From the NCBI GenBank assembly GCA_963667785.2, contig CAXXMU010000001.1:448001-512000 (forward strand): a DNA stretch of 64,000 bases, in the 5' to 3' direction. Below the pieces are notes generated by a model, which did not search any database, had not been told where the DNA came from, and was given only the letters and a program-made list of their open reading frames with translations. The stretch is from Alphaproteobacteria bacterium (GTDB taxonomy: Bacteria; Pseudomonadota; Alphaproteobacteria; UBA828). A program made the translations under genes and the position numbers. This document shows, in pieces, positions 1 through 8,762 of the stretch (position 1 is the first letter of the stretch; each line of letters begins with the position of its first letter).

Positions 1-1438
1 AGGCGTGAATTGTGCCGACAATGGGACCGCTAAGCCCGAGCTCGGCGTGACACAGTTCCGCCGGCGGTTGTTTGCGCCCGAAACGCTGTCTTAACTGACG
101 CATTTCAACCACTGTCCGAGTGCGCCCCGCCAGCCGAACCAAGGTAGCCCAGGCAAAATCGAAATCGCAGTTGGCGAGAGACGTGCCTTGCACCCTGTCG
201 ACCCACAATTCCTCGAAGGTGCCCCTGTTCAGATCGGCTTCGGAATATTCGGACAATGCCGCTCCGATCCAGGGCGTGAGGCACACCGGCAGTCCTGACA
301 TACGCACACGATGTGCAATGCCGTTCTGCGTCAACGTCGAACTGGTCTGCAGTACGTCGCAGCGCCTGCGATAGAGAATGAAGGCATCTTCAAGCTCTGC
401 CAGTGCCGCATCGTCAACCCGCGGCGCTTCGCCATGTGCGAGGCTGATGATCTCATCCCTGATATCGGCGAGCTTGTCCGGTGTCTCACCTGCGGCGGTG
501 AGTACCTTGCGGCGCGTGTCGGAGAAAATCTTGAGCAGCCGTCGAGAGCCGGTGCGATGCACGTCGGTCAATTCGCATTCCCGGAATTCACCCGCAGACC
601 CACTTCTTATCCTCTCCGGGAATGTAGGCTCTCCGACTTCTCCTGGTCGGACCTCGCGGTCGTCGGCAAAGCCATAGATGGCCTGGGCTTCGTCGGCGAA
701 GACGGTCACACCGCAGAAAGATGACAGCCTGCGGACAATATCGACGACAAGATCGGAGCGAATGCCAACGATATCCTGCGCCTCGTCAACGACTAGGTGC
801 TCGATGCTCTCAAGGTACTCAGCGACACTTTCGTCTTCGCGAACGAGTTTGAGCACCCTCTCGATGTTTTCTTCGTAGGAACCCAGAATTCTGGCTTCGT
901 CATCGAAGCCTGAATGGATCGTCCAGGCGTGCGAGTCGAGGGTGGCGATTTTCACCGCATAGGCCGCTGACGCATCTTCGAGATAAGCAGCGATTCGGTC
1001 GCGGATTTCGCGCACGGCAGTGCGCGTGAAACTGATCAGCCAGATGCGGCTCGGCTCCAGCCCGTCCTGGTCGATCAGCTGCGAGACCCGAGCGCAGGCA
1101 ACCGCGGTCTTGCCTGTGCCGGGACCGGCACCGACGAGAAGACGGTCCTCCTGCGGAGCGTCAATCACGTCCCTCTGCGACTTGTCCCACTCAATGAGGG
1201 CAGGGGGAACGACCTGGAATTCCGGCGCGACGTCACTCGCGTCCGCGTCGTGTGCGCTCTGCATATGCACGCCATCCGAGGGCGGGACATTGTCGAGATG
1301 GATCTGACCGCCATTGATCAACGGCCAGAACTGCTTCTTGTATTTGACGAATGGCTTGCCGTCGACATGACGAAGGGGACGCATCACCCGCGCGACTTCC
1401 TGCCCCTTCTTGAATATGCGGACCTCGATCTGCGCCAT
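1..1438 (-). CDS. UvrD/SF1-like DNA helicase (3' end beyond window)
   Basis: Not in the ORF track because there is no stop in the window. Manual translation from ATG 1438: MAQIEVRIFKKG...LVGAGPGTGKT (Walker A)...ISFTRTAVREIRDRI...LVVDEAQD (motif II)...FADEAQAIYGF...GTIHA at the window edge. Confidence 0.85.
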   Translation of the reverse strand, partial: MAQIEVRIFKKGQEVARVMRPLRHVDGKPFVKYKKQFWPLINGGQIHLDNVPPSDGVHMQSAHDADASDVAPEFQVVPPALIEWDKSQRDVIDAPQEDRLLVGAGPGTGKTAVACARVSQLIDQDGLEPSRIWLISFTRTAVREIRDRIAAYLEDASAAYAVKIATLDSHAWTIHSGFDDEARILGSYEENIERVLKLVREDESVAEYLESIEHLVVDEAQDIVGIRSDLVVDIVRRLSSFCGVTVFADEAQAIYGFADDREVRPGEVGEPTFPERIRSGSAGEFRECELTDVHRTGSRRLLKIFSDTRRKVLTAAGETPDKLADIRDEIISLAHGEAPRVDDAALAELEDAFILYRRRCDVLQTSSTLTQNGIAHRVRMSGLPVCLTPWIGAALSEYSEADLNRGTFEELWVDRVQGTSLANCDFDFAWATLVRLAGRTRTVVEMRQLRQRFGRKQPPAELCHAELGLSGPIVGTIHA

Positions 1439-1499
1439 GACTTTGATTCTGAATTCGCCGCTAAGCGGCCATGAAATTCCTTGCAGGTTGGCGCACTTA

Positions 1500-2018
1500 T
1501 TATGTCCGTGTGTCGGAATTCTCGTATTCGGCGATTTCGGCCACGGCCTCCCGCCCCTGGCGAATGAAGGCCTCTGCGCGGCTCAAGACTTCCTGCACTG
1601 CCCTTCCGTGCCTGCCTCGCATGGCGCACTCCCAGACCACCAGCGTCCGCCACTCATCCGCCTTCAGCGCGGCCAGCGCATTCCGGTCCCGCTCCATGTT
1701 GCGGTTAATTTTGGTCCTCCAGAATGTGGCGCGGGTCTTGGGCCACCTGAACAGCGAGCATCCGTGACCATGCCAGAAGCAGCCGTGCACGAATACCACG
1801 GCTCGATGTCTGGGGAACACCATGTCGGGTTTGCCAGGCAAGTCCGCTCCATGAAGCCGGCAGCGGAGGCCACGCTTGTGAAGCCCGCGCCGGAGCAGCA
1901 TTTCGGGTTTGGTGTCCTTGCCCCGGATTCGGCTCATGACGAGCCGGCGCTGTTCCGGCGTCAATACGTCGGAGACTTCGTCTCTTTCCGTGGAGGTACC
2001 CACGCCTTCAGGCTTCAA
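1500..2018 (-). CDS. vsr: Very short patch repair endonuclease
   Basis: SDVLTPEQRRLVMSRIRGKDTKPE, LPGKPD, FVHGCFWHGH and VVWEC motifs; directly downstream of a C5 MTase. Confidence 0.92.
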   Translation of the reverse strand: MKPEGVGTSTERDEVSDVLTPEQRRLVMSRIRGKDTKPEMLLRRGLHKRGLRCRLHGADLPGKPDMVFPRHRAVVFVHGCFWHGHGCSLFRWPKTRATFWRTKINRNMERDRNALAALKADEWRTLVVWECAMRGRHGRAVQEVLSRAEAFIRQGREAVAEIAEYENSDTRT

Positions 2019-3588
2019 CGGCGTTCCCCATTGCCGGCAAATCAGGTCGAACTCCGGTCGGTGGCGCCGAAATCGCGGAAGCCGCTGGGGTTGAGGACTG
2101 ACAAGGTTGCTGCTGCATCGGATGCGCGCTGTCCGTCGGCTGTAGTGTCTTCATGATTTCGGTGGCAATCGTTCGCGCCATCAGGGGTGGAACCGCGTTC
2201 CCGATCTGCCGGAAGGCTTGGTTCATTGCACCCATGAACACGAAGCCGTCAGGAAATGACTGCAACCGCGCCGCTTCCCGGACTGAAATCGTCCGGGCCT
2301 GGGCGCTGTCGTAGTGGATGTGGCTGTAACCGTCCTTGCTCAGATGCGCCATGACCGTGCGAACCGGCTGGTCCCGGGTGATCTTCCGCCACTTGTTCGG
2401 AAACTTGCCGGCGTCGTAGGGCGGTACGATCGAGCGTCGTAATACTTCATGCTCCGGTGATTCCGGCTCTATAGGTACGCCCTCCCCGGCGAGGCTGGAC
2501 AGCTCCTCACCGAGCATCTTCAGGGCGAGCCTATGTGCTTCCGGATACTGATCACCCTCCTTCATCCGTGCGAACAGCGCGTAGTCGCGAGGGAGGTACC
2601 GAATGACATGATCGTAGATGCCGTCTCCGGCCTCGTATCCTGCCCAGTTCTTCATCGAGCGGGCATAATCCGAATCGGGACGGTTCCCGTCGTAGGGGAC
2701 CGGGCTGTCGAAGCGACGCGCACCCCGCTTCAGCACGCCTTCTCGCATCAGCCTGCGGGCATCGATTCTTGGAAGATCGCCAATCGCCTCTTCGGCGGTT
2801 ACGGCAGGCGGCAGATCGCCAGTGGCCTGGGGTGGGTCCCGATAGTTGTGCGCCTGCTCGAACAGGTCACCATTGGACAGTACCTTCAGCGCGACCCGGC
2901 GCGACCCTTCATAGCCGCGAGGCAGCTCAACCCAATGCGTCGGTGCAGGAAAGCTGACATGTTGGGCAACGTCCCGATGATACGCGATCAGAAACATGCG
3001 CTCACGAGTCTGAGGTACGCCATAGAAGGCGGCGTTCAGCAGTGTGTAGGCGCTGACATACCCGAGGTCTTCCAGGACCTCGCAGACTTCTTCGGGGACG
3101 TTGTGCCCACCGAAATTCATCACGTCTGGCACGTTCTCCATCAGAATCGCCAGCGGGCGGCAGGACTTCACGTATTTGAGGTAAGGCGTATAGAGCGTGG
3201 CGCGCGGGTCGTGACGGAACGCCTCGGGATGCGCCTCGATCTCTCGCAGCTTCGACCTGCCGACCCGCGCGAAGGCTTGGCACGGCGGACCGCCGATGAT
3301 GACGTCGAAGGTCTCAGCAACCCTGCCGAGCTTCAGCGTCCGTACGAGCTGGGCGGGAGCTGTGGAGCTGATGTCACGGTCAACCGCGTGGCGCGGATCA
3401 TCCGCATGGAAGTTGGCGCCGTAGGAGGCCGCCGCCGTGGGATCGTTCTCAACCGCCGCAGCGATTTCGAACCCTGCTGCACTGAAGCCCAGGGAAAGCC
3501 CGCCGCACCCGGAAAAGAGATCGAGCACCCGAGGCCGTCCGCCGTTTCGAAGCCTCGACATCTTTTCCTGAATTATGCGTCTGGTCAC
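2008..3588 (-). CDS. DNA (cytosine-5) methyltransferase, Dcm-like
   Basis: DLFSGCGG (I), GGPPCQ (IV), ENV (VI), QTRER (VIII), REAARLQSFPD (IX), QIGNAVPP (X). Likely GTG start at 3588 overlaps the TGA of the upstream RHH gene (GTGA). Confidence 0.93.
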   Translation of the reverse strand: MTRRIIQEKMSRLRNGGRPRVLDLFSGCGGLSLGFSAAGFEIAAAVENDPTAAASYGANFHADDPRHAVDRDISSTAPAQLVRTLKLGRVAETFDVIIGGPPCQAFARVGRSKLREIEAHPEAFRHDPRATLYTPYLKYVKSCRPLAILMENVPDVMNFGGHNVPEEVCEVLEDLGYVSAYTLLNAAFYGVPQTRERMFLIAYHRDVAQHVSFPAPTHWVELPRGYEGSRRVALKVLSNGDLFEQAHNYRDPPQATGDLPPAVTAEEAIGDLPRIDARRLMREGVLKRGARRFDSPVPYDGNRPDSDYARSMKNWAGYEAGDGIYDHVIRYLPRDYALFARMKEGDQYPEAHRLALKMLGEELSSLAGEGVPIEPESPEHEVLRRSIVPPYDAGKFPNKWRKITRDQPVRTVMAHLSKDGYSHIHYDSAQARTISVREAARLQSFPDGFVFMGAMNQAFRQIGNAVPPLMARTIATEIMKTLQPTDSAHPMQQQPCQSSTPAASAISAPPTGVRPDLPAMGNAVEA

Positions 3589-3779
3589 AGCGCTTCCGGC
3601 TCCCGCTGCTCCTGATCGAACAGGTCCGGCTGAGGGTCGAAGGTTTCGCTGTCCAGGTGATCCCGGACAAGCCGGGCGATCAGCGGAGACTTCTTGTAGC
3701 CCTTTTCGCGGCAATAGGAATCGAAACGGTCTGCCTCCGCTTTCGACATCAGCACCTGGACGCGAACCAGATCAGACAT
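3585..3779 (-). CDS. Small ribbon-helix-helix (CopG-like) DNA-binding protein
   Basis: 64 aa; beta pattern VRVQVLMS followed by two helices around 'EKGYKKSPLIARLVRDHL'; translationally coupled to the MTase. Confidence 0.65.
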   Translation of the reverse strand: MSDLVRVQVLMSKAEADRFDSYCREKGYKKSPLIARLVRDHLDSETFDPQPDLFDQEQREPEAL

Positions 3780-3802
3780 GGGCGACGGCCTTCATGGTGG
3801 CA

Positions 3803-3832
3803 ATTGTATTCGCCCGACTGCGCAGATTTCAA
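3803..3832 (-). promoter_or_regulatory. Candidate sigma70 promoter of the RHH-MTase-vsr operon
   Basis: TTGAAA-N18-TACAAT on the minus strand, ~24 nt upstream of the RHH ATG. Confidence 0.4.
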
Positions 3833-4038
3833 CAGTAGTGTGTATTTCTGAGCATTGCTTGAACCCTCGGCCCGCAAGTCTTCGCTCCGACCCTGGCGTC
3901 CCCGGCCGCCGTAACGGCGTCAGCAGCATTGCTCCACGCCACCGTCCTTGCCGCTTATCCCCCGAACGTCGAGTGCCCGGGTCCTGGTGCCCATCAAGTC
4001 CCAAGCGGTCTGGAGCGGTCTGAAGATTGCGTCCGCGT

Positions 4039-4057
4039 GATTCCCAATAGATTCCCA
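4039..4057. repeat. Tandem GATTCCCA repeat, putative integrase arm sites of the left-hand island
   Basis: GATTCCCA-ATA-GATTCCCA has the same 11-bp periodicity and a comparable position next to the att hairpin as GTTTGCCA-ATA-GTTTGCCA at 31772. Confidence 0.45.
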
Positions 4058-4090
4058 GTGCCCAATTCGGTTAGCTGGCTAGAAGTGACG

Positions 4091-4121
4091 AACGCCGCTA
4101 AGTCATTGACTTAGCGGCGTT
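4091..4121 (-). terminator. Perfect 15-bp inverted repeat downstream of the displaced tRNA fragment
   Basis: AACGCCGCTAAGTCA-T-TGACTTAGCGGCGTT. Confidence 0.6.
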
Positions 4122-4122
4122 C

Positions 4123-4171
4123 TCAGTGGTTGCGGGGGTAGGATTTGAACCTACGACCTTCAGGTTATGAG
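4123..4171 (-). repeat. att site: displaced 3' half of tRNA-fMet (direct repeat of 31858-31906)
   Basis: 47 of 49 bp identical to 31858-31906; mismatches at 4139/31874 and 4153/31888. Confidence 0.95.
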
Positions 4172-4300
4172 TTTCAAAACTCCTCGTTGTCTCCAGGTAG
4201 CTGGAAGTAGCCTGAGATGGATTGAGGTTGATAGATCAGTAGGTTATAACGCTCAGTCGTGGGGTGGAGAGGGTTGGAGGTGCATCCGAGTTGTTCGATT

Positions 4301-4321
4301 CTGTTTGCCAATAGTTTGCCA
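4301..4321. repeat. Putative integrase arm-binding site CTGTTTGCCAATAGTTTGCCA (copy 1)
   Basis: Identical 21-mer at 31772-31792; contains an internal tandem GTTTGCCA repeat; lies just upstream of int. Confidence 0.75.
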
Positions 4322-4341
4322 GTGTGATACGCCCTGCCGCC

Positions 4342-5529
4342 ATGGTCAACCGGATTCCACGCCTCACCAAGCGATCCGTCGACGCCATCAAGCCCGACGG
4401 CACCGATACCGTCTATTGGGACGGCGAGCTCACCGGCTTCGGGCTGCGGGTGCGCCAGTCCGGGCGGAAGGTCTACGTCGTGCAGACCCGAGTCGACGGG
4501 AAGCTTCGCTGGTACACCATCGGTGCGCCGGGGGTGATAAGCGCGGATGAGGCGCGGGCGAAAGCGCTGGAGGTCCTGGCCCTCGCCAAGAAGGGCATCG
4601 ATCCCCGTGACGCGGAGGCGAAGCGCGAGACCGAACCCACAGTGGTCGAGCTGGGACGGCGGTTTCTCGAGGAATATGTTCCGGACCACTGCAAGCCGAG
4701 CACCCAGCAGGAGTACCGCCGCTCGGTCAGGCTCTTCATCGATCCCGTGATCGGGGAGATGCGAGTCTCGGAGGTACAGCGCAAGGACATTGCCGCCCTG
4801 CACCACGGGCTCAGGGACAAGCCCTATCAGGCCAACCGGACGCTCGGGGTGCTCTCCAAGATGTTCAACATGTCGGAGATATGGGGCTGGCGGCAGGACG
4901 GCTCCAACCCGTGCCGGCATGTAAAGCGTTACAAGGAGCACCAGCGCGAGCGCTTCCTGTCCGAGGAGGAGGTCGCGCGCCTTGGCGAGGTCCTGCGCGA
5001 GGCCGAGGACGAGATGCCTTCGGCGGTCGCGGCGTTCCGGTTGCTGCTGCTGACGGGCTGCCGGATGTCGGAGATCAGGGACCTGCAATGGGAGCATGTG
5101 AAGGAGGATTGCATCGAGCTTCCCGACGCGAAGACCGGCGGGCGGGTGGTGCCGCTGGGGCCGGAGGCCCGCGCGGTGCTTTCAGCCATTCCCCGCGAGG
5201 ACGACAATCCCTGGGTCATCGCCGGCAAGCTCCCAGGCTCTCACCTCACCGACCTGCAGCGGCCGTGGCGGCGCATCCGCAAGCGGGCAGACCTTGAGGA
5301 CGTGCGCATTCACGACCTCAGGCACAGCTTTGCGAGCAGAGCGCTGGCGCTCGGCGAGAGCCTAACCATGATCGGCAAGCTCCTGGGCCACACTCAGGTT
5401 CAGACCACGGCCCGGTACGCCCACCTGGCTCGTGATTCCATGCAGAATGCCGCGTCCCGCATCACCGAGAGCATCAGCGGGAACCTGTTGGGCGACGAGA
5501 CCGAGAGTTTTCCGACAGCCTCCGGCTGA
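4342..5529 (+). CDS. Tyrosine recombinase/integrase with N-terminal arm-binding domain
   Basis: WDGELTGFGLRV arm domain; LLLLTGCRMSE (Arg); HDLRHSFAS; LLGHTQVQTTARY (His, Tyr); adjacent to att. Confidence 0.95.
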   Translation: MVNRIPRLTKRSVDAIKPDGTDTVYWDGELTGFGLRVRQSGRKVYVVQTRVDGKLRWYTIGAPGVISADEARAKALEVLALAKKGIDPRDAEAKRETEPTVVELGRRFLEEYVPDHCKPSTQQEYRRSVRLFIDPVIGEMRVSEVQRKDIAALHHGLRDKPYQANRTLGVLSKMFNMSEIWGWRQDGSNPCRHVKRYKEHQRERFLSEEEVARLGEVLREAEDEMPSAVAAFRLLLLTGCRMSEIRDLQWEHVKEDCIELPDAKTGGRVVPLGPEARAVLSAIPREDDNPWVIAGKLPGSHLTDLQRPWRRIRKRADLEDVRIHDLRHSFASRALALGESLTMIGKLLGHTQVQTTARYAHLARDSMQNAASRITESISGNLLGDETESFPTASG

Positions 5530-5673
5530 CCTAACGGATCGATTTCAACAACGGTCCGTCCCACCACTGCCCCGCTTTACCTAGCGGATCACTCTGCGTC
5601 CCGCACCCATTGCCCCAACTGTCTGGAGATTACCCAATCTGTACACTGTGACCATGCTCTTGCACCGAAGAAA

Positions 5674-6291
5674 TCAGATACCCACAGCCATTCCACAGGG
5701 TTCGGGAAAGAAAGCCTGGTATGCAAGCATAGCCGCGATAATCATTATGCCTGCGTAGGCTAGCCATAATCCGTTTCTCAAGGCTTGGTAAGCTGTTTCA
5801 TTGCGTAGCTGACGAATGATATTCATAGTCTCCTGACAAGCGAGGGCTTCCGCGAGAATTTTCTGATCATTCTGACTTTGCAACAAGAACCTAGTCCCAT
5901 AACCATAGGTTGGGAGCGTACGAAGCGCACCCAGCGCCACAAAACCCGCCGCCAGAACATACAGCACCCCACATCCGATCACTACTATCGATATAGTCTG
6001 GATAGTATCCGACGATATGAGGTTGGTAAGAAAGGCTGCCGTTAGACCCAACACCGTTAGCCCAACTGACAAAGACAAAGTCAACTTAAATGTTTTTTCA
6101 TCCATACTAGAAGCGCGCTGATGCTCATCGCTGAGGCGTTGTTGGAGCCCAGATACAGAAATGGTCTCATAGTCGGCGAACTGCGGTTCTTGTAGGAGGT
6201 TCTCTGAGAAGCACTGTTTTTTCTTGCGTCGCGCACGTACCACATAATACCCGAAGGGGAAGATTTCTTCGGTAATGCGAGAAATACACAT
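5674..6291 (-). CDS. Uncharacterised ~3-TM membrane protein, third gene of the graspetide operon
   Basis: Three hydrophobic segments (LTLSLSVGLTVLGLTAAFL; ISIVVIGCGVLYVLAAGFVALG; LWLAYAGIMIIAAMLAY); AGGA RBS; 9 nt after the ATP-grasp stop. Confidence 0.75.
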   Translation of the reverse strand: MCISRITEEIFPFGYYVVRARRKKKQCFSENLLQEPQFADYETISVSGLQQRLSDEHQRASSMDEKTFKLTLSLSVGLTVLGLTAAFLTNLISSDTIQTISIVVIGCGVLYVLAAGFVALGALRTLPTYGYGTRFLLQSQNDQKILAEALACQETMNIIRQLRNETAYQALRNGLWLAYAGIMIIAAMLAYQAFFPEPCGMAVGI

Positions 6292-6300
6292 CCAACTTTC

Positions 6301-7257
6301 CTACTGGTTGTCCTTGGGTGGATTCTGCAACCAAGATGCTATTGCAGAGTCCATCGGGCGATCACAGGTTGACAACCAGCCCCATTCTCCGGTGGGATTA
6401 ATCTCAATGAAAAAGATACCGTTGGGTGTTTCGATTAGATCAATAGCGCCAAAGGATAGACCGAGCTGACGCACCAGTAATCGGCATCGACTGGTCATGT
6501 CATCGCTCAACTCCACATCACGATATTCAAGCTCAGATTTTGGAAGTACGCGCCAATCACCTGATACCCCATTGCCGCCTGATAGTATCTGGACAGCAAA
6601 AACCTCTTCACCGATGACCGTAACTCTTAGATCTATCTTATCTTCCAAAGCGTGTTGTGCGAGAAACGGCACCGCTCTAATGGCCTCCTCGGTCAAATCA
6701 TCACAAGAGCTTATTGTCGTGTAAGTGAATAAACAATCGTCACCATCCCGCAGTAGAACGGTATCCAAAGACTTCACCACCAGTGGCCCTGGAAATGTCC
6801 GCCGAATACGCGTAGCGTCGTTAGTGGCAAGTGTTGTTGGAACTCTAAAGCCACAACTTTTGGCTACACTAAGCTGATATGGCTTTGACTCCGCGATATA
6901 CGTGGCAGTTGGTGAGTTCATCCACGTCGCGTCACGAAAGACGCAGAGGCCTCGAAGAAACGCAGTCCATTGAGACCGCTCAAGCTGCTGCTGTGGACAA
7001 AGCGGCTCAGAGGGGGTGTTACGCAGAAAGACGGGCTGACGAAACCAAACGGAACTGAGATCCTGACCGACGACATGGGTCCCGGCCGGACCACGCATAG
7101 TCAACTCGGGAACGAGAGGATCGAGAGTGAGGTGATAATCCGCTAGCTGCTCACGGTTTAGGCGAACATAGGGGACGCCAGCTTTTTGCAGTCGCAGGGT
7201 AACTAAATCTGTGGAAAAGTCATACAGCCCAGCAAGGATAAGAACGCGTGTTGTCAT
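6301..7257 (-). CDS. ATP-grasp ligase, MvdD/RimK-like RiPP macrocyclase
   Basis: ESKPYQL..A...GF.VP.TL.TN, VVKSL, DLRVTVIG, DWR, FGAIDLI...FIEINPTGEWGWL. Confidence 0.9.
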   Translation of the reverse strand: MTTRVLILAGLYDFSTDLVTLRLQKAGVPYVRLNREQLADYHLTLDPLVPELTMRGPAGTHVVGQDLSSVWFRQPVFLRNTPSEPLCPQQQLERSQWTAFLRGLCVFRDATWMNSPTATYIAESKPYQLSVAKSCGFRVPTTLATNDATRIRRTFPGPLVVKSLDTVLLRDGDDCLFTYTTISSCDDLTEEAIRAVPFLAQHALEDKIDLRVTVIGEEVFAVQILSGGNGVSGDWRVLPKSELEYRDVELSDDMTSRCRLLVRQLGLSFGAIDLIETPNGIFFIEINPTGEWGWLSTCDRPMDSAIASWLQNPPKDNQ

Positions 7258-7460
7258 TCGCCTTTCTGATCTTCGCCTGTTTCTTGATCACACTTCTTGG
7301 TGGTGGGTCCGCCATTGGCAAACTCGTCCACCGTAACGATCGGTACGCCATCCTGTAGCCAATAGCCTCGGGCGGCATCATATTGAGCACCAGACGGCAA
7401 TTCAGGTGTCATGCGATAGGGCCGACGGGTCGCGAAGGTCATCAGTACATGCTCAGCCAT
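7254..7460 (-). CDS. Graspetide precursor peptide (68 aa), core PTTKKCDQETGEDQKGE
   Basis: ATG at 7460 with GGGA upstream; stop overlaps the ligase start (ATGA); C-terminus rich in T/K donors and D/E acceptors. Confidence 0.85.
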   Translation of the reverse strand: MAEHVLMTFATRRPYRMTPELPSGAQYDAARGYWLQDGVPIVTVDEFANGGPTTKKCDQETGEDQKGE

Positions 7461-7952
7461 ATTCTTTGTCCCGTTTGTGGTGCTTCTCGTATGCTTGGGC
7501 CATCCCTCCCACCCGATATATGGCGTGAGGTGGGCTCGTGGCGTAGACCAGAGGAGCCGCCGAGTCAACCTCGGTTCCGACCGGATCCGTCCGCAACGCA
7601 GACGAGGTCGGTGCCTACCGGCTCCGGCTGAACGACGGTAAACATCAGCCCCATTTTGCGCTCTAAGGTCGTCTCGAACGCGTCGGCATGCTCCTGCATC
7701 GCACTGTGCGTCCCCATAATCGTCCAGCGCTCGAACAAGTAGCCACTCGCGAGACCAAATCGCGTGAACGGGCTGGGAGGTGGCAAAGAATATGGTCTTT
7801 GCTCTCCAGAGTCGTAGAAAACCATATTAAACGTGTTTCTTGCCACCGGTTCGGCGAAATAGGTAGCGCGCAAGCCGTTTCACCATTGAAGGACTAAGTG
7901 TCATGTCATATATGGTTATCATAGACTTTCAACAAGTCTCCAACAAAGCGCC

Positions 7953-8762
7953 ATGTCCAGGCTCATATCAGCGCCGTTCTTCAGTGCGCACCCTGTCTTC
8001 CGCCGCGCCGAATACGCCGCCGCCGTCGGCCGCGAGTCGGGCGACAAGGTCGTCACGGCGATGCTGGGCCAGCATCTCAAAGCAGGCAACATCCGACGCA
8101 TCGCCCGCCAGGTCTTTGCGTCCGTCCCCAAGCACGCCGACGCGCGAACGTGGTCCGTTGACCGCTTCCTGGCAGCCTCGCGGCTGCGCCTGGGTGGCGT
8201 GATCGCCTATCACTCGGCCCTGGAGCTGCACGGCTATGCCTATTCCGAGGGGTACGACGTGCAGGTCATCGCCCCCGGTGAACCGCGCATGTTCGAGGCC
8301 AACGGCCTTACCTGCCGGTTCGTCAGGCCGCCTCGGGGCTTCACCGGACCGAACGGAGCAGCGACGGACGGCGTGACAGCGGTCGATCGCCTGGGACTGG
8401 ATGTCAAGGTGACGACGCTCGAGCGCACGATCACGGACCTGTTCGACCGTCACGATCTTGCCGGAGGCGCAGAGGAGCTGTTCAACTCGCTTGATTTGGT
8501 GGCGCGCGTCGACGCCGGAGCGTTGGTTCGGCATGCGCGCGCGCGCGGCAACGCCGCGGCTGCCGGCGCACTCGGTTTCTGGCTGGAGCACGAACAAGAG
8601 AGGCTGGGCGTGCCGCAACGTGCCCTCGCAGATCTCCGGGCGCTGGCGCCCCCCAGGCCACGATATGCGCTGGGTGCCAAACCTGGATCGGCAAGGACGA
8701 CCGGGCATTGGAACGTCATCCTTCCTGTCGACGTCGCCGAACGCCGGTTCGAGGGGCTGTGA
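7953..8762 (+). CDS. AbiEi-like antitoxin / transcriptional regulator (type IV TA)
   Basis: N-terminal wHTH-like region, IAYHSALELHG, VTTLERTITD; abuts an AbiEii gene. Confidence 0.8.
   Translation: MSRLISAPFFSAHPVFRRAEYAAAVGRESGDKVVTAMLGQHLKAGNIRRIARQVFASVPKHADARTWSVDRFLAASRLRLGGVIAYHSALELHGYAYSEGYDVQVIAPGEPRMFEANGLTCRFVRPPRGFTGPNGAATDGVTAVDRLGLDVKVTTLERTITDLFDRHDLAGGAEELFNSLDLVARVDAGALVRHARARGNAAAAGALGFWLEHEQERLGVPQRALADLRALAPPRPRYALGAKPGSARTTGHWNVILPVDVAERRFEGL

Noticed and set aside
7565-7873. 102-aa minus-strand ORF upstream of the precursor, and the 104-aa extended precursor start at 7568
   Set aside because: No recognisable motif and a weak start; ATG 7460 with a GGGA RBS is the better precursor start. 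Could be a gene remnant.
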